Positions 24,266-33,490 of a DNA stretch of 33,490 bases are shown here, one piece after another. Positions within the stretch are counted from its first letter, which is position 1; every line of letters starts with the position of its first letter. The translations under genes and the position numbers were made by a program. Under the pieces are notes generated by a model. The model was not told the origin of the DNA and did no database searches. It saw only the letters and a program-made list of their open reading frames with translations. The DNA comes from Atractiella rhizophila (taxonomy: Eukaryota): contig MU271547.1 in NCBI GenBank assembly GCA_021432655.1, forward strand, positions 1 to 33,490. The letters are read 5' to 3'.

Positions 24266-25596
24266 GAAGAAGTCGTAGTCTAGGAGCATGAGGGAGTAAG
24301 GGGTAGGTCGAAGTAGTCGACAGGCGGAGATTCGGACTTGTGGCACGGGTGAGCGCAGAGTAGAAGGAGGAGTTGGAGTGGAAGACGAAGGAGAGGGCGA
24401 AGCAGGGAGAGGGGAAGCTAGTGCATCGCATATTAGGTAGACAAAGTGGATATAGTCATAGATGAACTGCCACTTCTTTAACTTTCCACTTTGATTACAC
24501 TTTAGCTCTTCCATTTCATCTTCGCGTGGATAGCACCCTGTGTTCGTGGTGGCGAGGAAGGGTGAATTGGTCGCGGAGGCGGTTGGGCTGTTAGCATAGG
24601 CGTAGGTTTACTCAGCAGTGAAGTAGGTTTTGGTTGTTTAGGCCCAGGCGGTGGTGTTAGAAGCGGTTGCGGTTGGAGTGGAAGACGGGAGGGCTGTTTA
24701 AGGAGTGGCCGTGTAGTCAGTGGTTAGAGGGGAAGTTAGGTTCTAAGCGGTTTGTCGAGGAGTTGAGGACAAGGGGGTCTAAGTCCGGACGTCGAACCCG
24801 CCGGCGACTCTCCTTCCGCACACTCCAGTTCCTTCCCAGCCTATCCGGACGCGCGCAGTGACTAAGGTGGCGCACGACTCTTATCATAGGCTAGAACCGC
24901 GCGCCCACAGCGCAATGACAGGGAAAACTTCGCCCTTCACTCCTGCACTCTTGAGAATAGTCTCATCTAAAAGGTCTGGGCAAGTGCGGTGTCTACGGCT
25001 AAGCTAGAGGTCCCACGTGCTGCTCCAAATATGGGAAATCTCATAGGAGAAAGCGAGGAAATATAGAGTGCAGGTGTAAGAGGTCACTATGGTCTGAAGG
25101 GCATTCAAAGCTGAAGAGGTAGCATCTTCCCTTTTCTCTACTGTTGTCATCCAAGCTCAAGCCCCTAGAGCTAGCGGACAGATGATCAGCATTTTATAGG
25201 GTGTCGTAGGGCTAACTCGAACTTGGCTACTGGGAAGAGCAAGGAGAGGTAGGGTTCAGATAGCAGTTAGAAGAAGACAAAGCGGCGGCGGACAAAGTCG
25301 AAGAATAGCAGGGGGCAGAAAAAACGTCGGAAGTGTAAGAGGACTTGCCTAGGTTGGTACACTCGGAAGAAGAATAGGTTGCGAAGGACGTAGGCGCAGT
25401 TTATTTCTTAGAAGTCAGAGAAGAGTGCGAGGGTGCTTCTGTTCCACGGGAACATGTCAAGATCGAAGAAGAGATTTGGCCGTCGCCATGCCTAGTACTA
25501 GTTTAGAAGTGGCTGTGGCAGCCGTTTCAGTGCCAGCACACACTGCTCGTCCTCACTCCAGACAAATCTCTCGCACACCTGCTCCATCCTAACATT
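24266..25596 (-). mobile_element. Degenerate repeat/transposon remnant, possibly the LTR-gag end of a retroelement
   Basis: Truncates the ABC-F gene, has no long ORF and is strongly TAG-enriched. On the minus strand it begins TGTTAGG (25594) next to an assembly gap and contains AATAAA and a Pro/Thr/Ser-rich segment. No RT or transposase motif was recognised. Confidence 0.45.
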
Positions 25597-25817
25597 NNNN
25601 NNNNNNNNNNNNNNNNNNNNNNNNNNNNNNNNNNNNNNNNNNNNNNNNNNNNNNNNNNNNNNNNNNNNNNNNNNNNNNNNNNNNNNNNNNNNNNNNNNNN
25701 NNNNNNNNNNNNNNNNNNNNNNNNNNNNNNNNNNNNNNNNNNNNNNNNNNNNNNNNNNNNNNNNNNNNNNNNNNNNNNNNNNNNNNNNNNNNNNNNNNNN
25801 NNNNNNNNNNNNNNNNN
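25597..25817. other. Assembly gap (N run)
   Basis: Run of N. Confidence 1.
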
Positions 25818-28232
25818 GAGGTGGAGGAGAGGGAGAGGAGAGGGATGGAAGGAGAGGGTGAAGATGTATTGGGTGTTGGAAGAGGATGAGGAGAAGGTGC
25901 GTCACTCACATTCGCTGGTTCATTTGCTTTCTTTTCTTTGTCCCTTTAGTGACACCATCGTTCATTATTGGAACTGGATTGGAGAGTGCAATGCTAATGC
26001 TGAGGATGTGATATCAACAGCTGCAAAACCACAACACCACCCTCCAAACCCTCCTCCGTCTCCTTCGCACCGCCAATCCGTACCCAAACCCATCAAAGAA
26101 CATCGCGTTCATCCAGTCCCTGCTCGCTTCAGACCCGGTGGGTTCCATCAGTTCTACCTCCTCCGTTCCATCGTGTCCTGTAACACGTCCTCTACCAACA
26201 GTCATGCTCATGCGCTCACTTCCATCAACTCGAACACCATGGAGGATTTGGATTTGGATGGGGATGAGGATGGAGATGTAGAGCTGGCTATATTTCATCT
26301 TGATGATAATTCTGACTCTTCCTCTTCTTCTTCCGACGAGGATGATGAGGAGGAAGAGGAGGAAGATGGTGACGAGGAGATGGTGGATGTCGTACAGGAC
26401 GCTGGGATGGACAGTGCGGATGTAGATGAGGACGAGAGGATGGGCGGGCCAGATTCCATCATGGAAGATATACCACTCACGAGCAATACCACCAACAACA
26501 CGGCCACGACCAGCAACATCAGCACAAACACCAACGAAAACTCAAAAGAAGACTCCGACGACTCCGAAGACTCAGACTACGTCCCTCCCCACCACACCCA
26601 CACAACCTACAACCTCCGTCCACGCCACAAGCCCACCCAGACGACGATACACACCCAAACACACCCTCACGTCCACCGATCCGAGCTTCCCATCCTCTTC
26701 CCACTCTCCATCCCCCTCCCAGACCCTTCCCTCCGCTCCCAACTCCACATCCTCCTCGGACCCTACCTCCCCGCCTGGCGTCTACCCCTCCGTCCGTCCT
26801 CCCAAAGCGAGAACGGAAATGAGAATGAGGGAGCAAGTCAGAGACGACAGCCTTTCCTCCTCTCGTCGGATTTGGACTTCCTGTTTGGAAGCGGAAGCGG
26901 AGGTAGACCGCTGCCGTATCGTGGAACGTTTAGAGCGGTAGCGTACAGGTTGAGCAATTACGCCGTCCCCGATACCCTTCCCCTCTCCTCGGACCAACAA
27001 GAACAATCATCTCACGATAACAACGAGGACGATGACGACGATGAGAAGCGGACGGTACCCGGTACGCAAACAGGCAACAGAGCGTGAGCCGGATGCAGAG
27101 ACACCACCGCTTTGCGCCCCTCTATCCGGATGGGACGGTGCATTGGACGCTGTTGGAAGGACTGTGGAGCGTGATGTGGAACAATGCGCATTCGATGAGG
27201 CACGAGTGGAAGGCTGAGGTCGAGGCCGATGGAGGGTTGAGGCGCATTCTTTCCAGGATGGGAAAGTCCGCTTCCGCTTCTACAACAACATCGGGAACGG
27301 GAACGGGAACGGGGGTGGATGAGTGTCGCGGTCCTGGGAAGGAGGGAAAAGGGAAAGAGAAGGAGGGAGATGATTGGGAGTTACCCATTCCCCCTCCGTT
27401 GGATACTAGGAGGAGGGGAGAGATAGTCAACCCGGACCGTGCCTTCATTTCAGCTTTGGCAGCCAATGCGGAGGATGGGAAGGGAAAAGGGAAAGGGAGG
27501 ACGAGGCGGGAATGGTGTAATCCGGATTGGGCGGGTGTGGAAGGAGTCTGGATTGGAAGTTACGCTTTCGTTGACTATCGCATCTTTCACGCTTTCAATT
27601 TCCACGATCAACCTATCGCTAGATCCCCAGAGGCTGTTGGGAACCTCATGTGCGTCTCCTTCCCCTGTTCTTTCTCGATGTCCACCAACGCAACAACTGC
27701 TGAATTATAGGTCCATGAAGCTCACTCTCGTCGAACCCCCACACCTGAAACCGACCCCGAGGGAACGACTACGTTCCAACACCAGGGACGGGTACGGAAA
27801 CGACTTCAAAAACGACTCCTTCCCCACCCTTTACTTCGAAGGCACCAGACGGCCGTTTGGTGGACACGGACAAGATATCAAAACCCACGGTTGTGTTCGT
27901 CTCGCACAACAGAGGCCAGGAGAAGCGTTGATCCCTCATTGGACTTTCGTTGTAGGGTACGGGGGCGAGGATAGGTTTGTGCCGCTTTCTCCATTCCCCC
28001 TTCTTTCTCCCTCTTTCCTGTTCTATGTGAAGACCTGAGACTTTTCTGGTTGGTTGGTTGGGACAGATGGCGCTTGGAGGGACTGCAGCCGGGCGGGATT
28101 GGGAGCAGGAGTGGAGTGGTGGGAAATTGGAGTTCGGCTGAAGAGGAGGATTATGCTCATAATCCTGATCATCCAGAAACTCCAGTTGGACCCTTTGCTT
28201 ATTGGCCCATATACGACGAGGTCGAGCCGTGA
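25818..28232 (+). CDS. Fungal conserved hypothetical protein (family often carrying an N-terminal F-box); 5' end in the gap; two frame discontinuities
   Basis: Motifs YRLSNY, FAPLYPDGTVHWTLLE, DWAGVEGVWIGSYAFVDY, FPTLYFEG, HWTFVVGYGGEDR|WRLEGLQPGGIGSRSGVVGNW and GPFAYWP. Introns at about 25897-26020, 27650-27710 and 27975-28066, with a long acidic low-complexity linker. Confidence 0.7.
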
Positions 28233-30131
28233 AGTATCTTACTTGTTACGGGGAATCTCTGCGTTATAGATTTATTCAAGTTTGCTTCTTGTCTCTTGGC
28301 TGGTTTGCTGATTTTAGTCTGTTGTCAACCTGGATGTCATGTGTGAATAGCAAGAAAGGAAATGTATGACAATTATCTCACCAATAGTATCCACATTTTC
28401 AGAGGAAACACCCAATCCAAGAGAAAATGAGCGCTCACTTCCAATTGGAAAAAGATGATGGGTTTCACAACACCCGCTCGTTGCCATGTTCGGCCTACAT
28501 CGACTGTGTTGCTGGATGTGATCATCTTTTACAAAGGACGAGCACAGTCAAGCAGTTCCTAGTGCCAAAGGAACCTCCATTGTGCTTGACAGTCCGAAAC
28601 CAAGGAGCACACTCTAAACTTGTTGTGAACGCCGTTGCAAACGTCAGGACTAGTTTCTTTTCGCCTCCTTTGTTGAGCATAGACATCATACGAGAGGCCG
28701 CCACACAGAAGATGCAGAAACAGAAGAAAGAAGAACCAGAAACATCTTTTTCACTGCCTCTTCGGACCGCATGAACAGAGAGGCAGTGAAGGCAGTGAAG
28801 GTCACAATTAAGACCCGATCCATTGTTCACTGGCACTGATTGCTCTCCATCACCACTGACGGAAGTCACACCAAATCAATATAGCAACTACTCTTTCTGA
28901 CGCTTCGAGCTGGGACTTCTACTCTACAACTAACTGTGCACGACTGCTGCCTTGCTGGACTCCGGTTTGGATAAAAGCGAAGGTGAAAGATATGTAGCGT
29001 AGACAAGATCGTGCGCCATAGATAGCAGAGATGTTGTACACGTGGTATCAAGAGGCAGGACTAATGGTGAGTCGTCTTGAACTGCAGCAATGCGTCGTCT
29101 GCCTTGTCAAAACATGCAAAGACATCAAGACGCCTGTCTTTGCGTATTCACTAGAGTGCTACATAGTCAGGTTATAAAAAACCCTGTGTGCGTCAAAATC
29201 CGAAGTGGACATGCCATGCTCTACAGGCAGCTGTAGCAGCAATAGGGAATATTGAAACCTAGACCACCTCACCTATGAGCATACTCTTCGAAAGCGCTCA
29301 AGGCAAAAGACAGGAAGACGGCCCAAGCGTTCAAGTTCCACACACGACACGCGTAGTTTACGACGAGTCCCAACCAAAACCTCACCTCTCTTAGCCGGAG
29401 GCCGCGGCGTAGAAGCCAAGCTCTTTCAGGCACCACTTGAAATGGTGCCCTGCGGTCAATGAAGCAGATACTTACTGGGCATAACACTGCTCAGCTTGTG
29501 TCAACGCCATTAGGCGGGGGAGCTCTCCGCTTGGCCCAATAACGCAAGCGCTTGTGCCGTGATCCCGATGGGACAATTTGTTCATCTCTTGAACGAAGTT
29601 GCAAAACCGACAAGCCGCATTTCTCCTCCAGTGACGATTTGGTCACGTTTCTCTCTCACGTTGCAACGCGTCTGCCTTTTTCGTTCCTAATCTCTTCAAA
29701 GTGCACAGAACACATTGAAAGAAGTTATTTGCAAGCATGGATCTACTTGAACAGAGAGTAGCTTTCCATGTTCAGCTGATAAGGCTTTATTGAAGGAAAT
29801 TACTTGTGCTTCCTGCACTGACACTTGGCCTTTGTTCCAATTGTGTTCGCTTCTAGCCACTTTGCTTTCCCATTTTGGGTGATATTTGCATATATACTGC
29901 CATTCGTAGATACCAAAGCGGTCGTAAGGAATCTGGGGGAGCCAAGAGCCGAAAGACAAATCCATGCCGTGGCGGGACGGACGTGACCCCTTTCCCATGA
30001 ATTCCCGTGACCCGATAACAACTCTCTCAAAAGATAAATGACTAGATACCACCTTCTATAAAAGGAAATTGTTTTCCTGAGCAAGACAACAAAATCACGA
30101 GAATTCCCATAATCACGTGCTGCTCCTCAAT

Positions 30132-30172
30132 CATCAATTCCTGCATCAATTCCTGCATCAATCCTGCATCAA
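30132..30172 (+). repeat. 12-bp tandem repeat CATCAATTCCTG (~3.5 copies) just upstream of a TATAAAA
   Basis: catcaattcctg catcaattcctg catcaatcctg catcaa, then TATAAAA at 30181. Confidence 0.85.
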
Positions 30173-30780
30173 CCCAAGGATATAAAAGCCAGCCCGATCC
30201 CTACACTTCTCTCTCACCAACGACAGCAGTTCCCAGCATTGACAGGCCTTTGTCACAACCCCAGCATCCATGTCCGGATTCACCTTCCGCCGTCCCAGGT
30301 TTCTCTCTCCAGTCGTACGCATTTCACACTTACCACCTCCGCCTCTGATTGATTGGTGAGTAGGTCTCTCGATTATGAGTATGAGAGAGCTGCTCGCTCG
30401 CTGTGCTCCCACAGATGATCGACCGCTTAAGCCCAGCAGCGAATGCATGTCTTCCTCCCTATTTCTCTCCCCTGCATCGTCCTAACTCCGGCTGGGCAAC
30501 AGATTCTCCCTCTCCGAGCAGACGACTCCAGTCTAACTGGTGTCTTCGGGAAGGGACGGTGCCGGTTGTGATAAATTGGGATGCGACATGCTTGTTGATG
30601 TCCATATCTGAGAGGTGCAGGTATGTGTGTTCCCCATTTTCTATCGACTCTCAGTACTAATAGAACGGATTTAGCAGACTGGCCATTCAAAATCGAATTG
30701 ATACATTGCCTGGCGCAATTTCATTTCGAACGGCCGCAAAGTCGTTGGTTTCCTATTGCTTTATTTGTCTTAACGCATCG

Positions 30781-30835
30781 TTTAATTTCTTGTTTAATTT
30801 CTTGTTTAATTTCTTGTTTAACTTCTTGTCTAACT
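30781..30835 (+). repeat. 12-bp tandem repeat TTTAATTTCTTG (~4.5 copies)
   Basis: tttaatttcttg x3, then tttaacttcttg and tctaact. Confidence 0.9.
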
Positions 30836-31063
30836 AAAAGCGCGAGTTAGTACCATTTAACTTATATCTAAATTATCATCTAACTTATCATGTAATTTAT
30901 TCTGTATATTATTCTGTGGAATGATATGTCCTGTTGTATCACTATCGACACTTTGGTTTTGGCTGAAATCTCCCCTGCATCGGCAGTCTGTTGCGTACAA
31001 TAGAACGCCACTTATCGAGTGTGCTGCTGGACATAAGCCATCTTTGCTTTCAGACAATATGGA

Positions 31064-31919
31064 NNNNNNNNNNNNNNNNNNNNNNNNNNNNNNNNNNNNN
31101 NNNNNNNNNNNNNNNNNNNNNNNNNNNNNNNNNNNNNNNNNNNNNNNNNNNNNNNNNNNNNNNNNNNNNNNNNNNNNNNNNNNNNNNNNNNNNNNNNNNN
31201 NNNNNNNNNNNNNNNNNNNNNNNNNNNNNNNNNNNNNNNNNNNNNNNNNNNNNNNNNNNNNNNNNNNNNNNNNNNNNNNNNNNNNNNNNNNNNNNNNNNN
31301 NNNNNNNNNNNNNNNNNNNNNNNNNNNNNNNNNNNNNNNNNNNNNNNNNNNNNNNNNNNNNNNNNNNNNNNNNNNNNNNNNNNNNNNNNNNNNNNNNNNN
31401 NNNNNNNNNNNNNNNNNNNNNNNNNNNNNNNNNNNNNNNNNNNNNNNNNNNNNNNNNNNNNNNNNNNNNNNNNNNNNNNNNNNNNNNNNNNNNNNNNNNN
31501 NNNNNNNNNNNNNNNNNNNNNNNNNNNNNNNNNNNNNNNNNNNNNNNNNNNNNNNNNNNNNNNNNNNNNNNNNNNNNNNNNNNNNNNNNNNNNNNNNNNN
31601 NNNNNNNNNNNNNNNNNNNNNNNNNNNNNNNNNNNNNNNNNNNNNNNNNNNNNNNNNNNNNNNNNNNNNNNNNNNNNNNNNNNNNNNNNNNNNNNNNNNN
31701 NNNNNNNNNNNNNNNNNNNNNNNNNNNNNNNNNNNNNNNNNNNNNNNNNNNNNNNNNNNNNNNNNNNNNNNNNNNNNNNNNNNNNNNNNNNNNNNNNNNN
31801 NNNNNNNNNNNNNNNNNNNNNNNNNNNNNNNNNNNNNNNNNNNNNNNNNNNNNNNNNNNNNNNNNNNNNNNNNNNNNNNNNNNNNNNNNNNNNNNNNNNN
31901 NNNNNNNNNNNNNNNNNNN
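31064..31919. other. Assembly gap (N run)
   Basis: Run of N. Confidence 1.
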
Positions 31920-33124
31920 GCCGAAGACTCCTTGGACGAAGATTGTCGCTGTAGTGACCGCGGAGGAGGAAGGAGGACATCGCCCCCAAGCTGATTTTCC
32001 AACATCCTCCGCTCCATGTCCCGCTTTCGCTCCTCTTCAAGCTTCTTGGAATTGTCATCCACAGTGGCCTCTTCAACAGCATACTTTCGTCGGGCATACT
32101 CGCTCAAATCAACAGATCCACTGCCCAATTCGCTCATTCCCACCATTCCCTCCAGTTCTCGATCAGTTCCATCGTGCTTCGCACGTCTTCCGTTCATGGG
32201 TTCACCACCCAGGACACCAGTGTTCGCAATCAGTTCAATGCGCTCCTTCACTCGGTTCCTTCTCCCTTCTTCGGCGCTCTCTCCTATAAGTCTTCCAAAG
32301 TCCAACTTCAGCACCTCATTGCCATCAACATCCCCACCACCTCCCAGCAAGCGTCCAATGAATCCAAAGACCATCGAGAGCTGATCTGGCTTCAGCAAGG
32401 CTTGCACTCCTCCGATCGCCACACTAACCAGTCGCTCCAAAGGAACGAAAGAAATTTCGAACTTCCCCACGAGGCAGACGCGCTCCCACTGTTCTTCGGA
32501 ATGACCTGGCAGGTGGCATGGACGGATAAAGAAAGCGTGAGGAGAGACTGAAAGCGTATGAGTTGGTGGTGGTGACCTGAATCGTTTCAGAAAGCGTTTC
32601 AAGGATCTCTCCCTCTTCATCTTCACAATGTATTGTACTTCTGGTATCCGTACTTCGAAGTCACCAGCTTTTTCGGAGTATCCAGAAGCCGCTCCATTCT
32701 CGTACTCCTCAGATCGTGACAGAAACGTCATTTTTACCTCCTCCAATTTGCCATGTACATTGGCTAGGGCTCGTTTTGCAAAGCGATATAAGTCGTCCTC
32801 GTTGCCTCCGTTCGCCTCTACGAATTCACGGACGAGCGCCGCAAATCTCTCGCGCACTCGTTTCCGTTGACGTTCCGGCTCTAATTTCGCATTGGTCTGT
32901 GTCTGCGAGGATGAAGCTGATTTCAAGACAAAGACAAGGTGCAAGCGCGTTGCTGTGAAGATAATAGCACCATTGCCACTCTTCGGTACCGTTACGTACA
33001 GTCGACCAAGAGTGCCACTGTCGACAGAGAGGGGGAAGGGTGTGGGAAGATGGTCCAGGAACTACACTGAGGGTCAGTCTTCAAGTGTTCCTCGCTCAAC
33101 ATTGGAAATCAAGAAAATGTCCAT
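31920..33124 (-). CDS. Hypothetical protein with ATG2/VPS13 chorein-N-like N-terminus; 3' end in the gap
   Basis: The frame is open from ~33061 to the gap: FLDHLPTPFPLSVDSGTLGRLYVTVP...ATRLHLVFVL ... FAKRALANVHGKLEEVKMTF ... VSVAIGGVQALLKPDQL. A 39-nt intron (GTTGAG...CTGAC...GTAG) links it to an ATG at 33124. Family resemblance judged by eye. Confidence 0.55.
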
Positions 33125-33490
33125 TCTTCATATGACTGCGTTCTTACATACAGTGGAACACATGTGCTGGATTGAAAAGCAGTGTTTTAATAGGATATAC
33201 GTTCTAATCGTTCAAAGGGATACATATTCAAAAATCCCAAATCCAAGAAGTTGCGCATTAAAACATTACAGAAACATACCATGTCTTGTGCTTCATGTGG
33301 ACCTCCTTTGTGTTCATACTGGTCACAATTATATTGAGTACTGACCAAGTATCAACAGCTCACTCCAAGAAGTGCATATGTGCGAAGTCTTCTTGACACC
33401 ATAAAAGCTCACATTCACGTACCAGCACCTAGAGTGCTTTGGCTAGCCTCAAGCTGTTTGCGTTCACCTTGTAACTCTGGCCAATAAACA

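Noticed and set aside
28427..29487. ORFs of 61-115 aa on both strands
   Set aside because: No domain similarity recognised and no consistent splice structure.
30132..30835. CRISPR-like interpretation of the short repeats
   Set aside because: Head-to-tail 12-mers with no spacers in a eukaryotic context.
30857..32289. Long ORFs of 357-695 aa in the track (also 25498-25909)
   Set aside because: Their length is an artefact of translating through N gaps.

Overview
Eukaryotic, intron-rich fungal genomic DNA. Short ~45-65 nt introns and the gene families present suggest a basidiomycete, but the taxon is an inference. There are two assembly gaps (25597-25817 and 31064-31919). Contents in order: the 5' end of a secreted-protein gene (-); an ERCC6L2/Rad26L-type SNF2 helicase with ~25 introns (+); a mannitol-1-phosphate 5-dehydrogenase (+); a SnoaL/NTF2-like small protein (-); a Zn2Cys6 transcription factor with a 1386-bp internal tandem duplication (+); a 2OG-Fe(II) oxygenase (-); VMS1/ANKZF1 with an unusually long intron (+); an F-box-like gene (-); an unannotated spliced, hairpin-rich locus (-); mitochondrial ribosomal protein bL34m (-); a truncated ABC-F ATPase pseudogene abutting a TAG-rich degenerate repeat-like segment; a fungal F-box-family gene with two apparent frame discontinuities (+); and an ATG2/chorein-N-like ORF (-). 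I saw no rRNA, tRNA or CRISPR. I cannot demonstrate a new biological system here. The strongest leads are the TF duplication, the RIP-like hypermutated segment, the long VMS1 intron and the structured orphan transcript. All exon boundaries and counts were read by eye.
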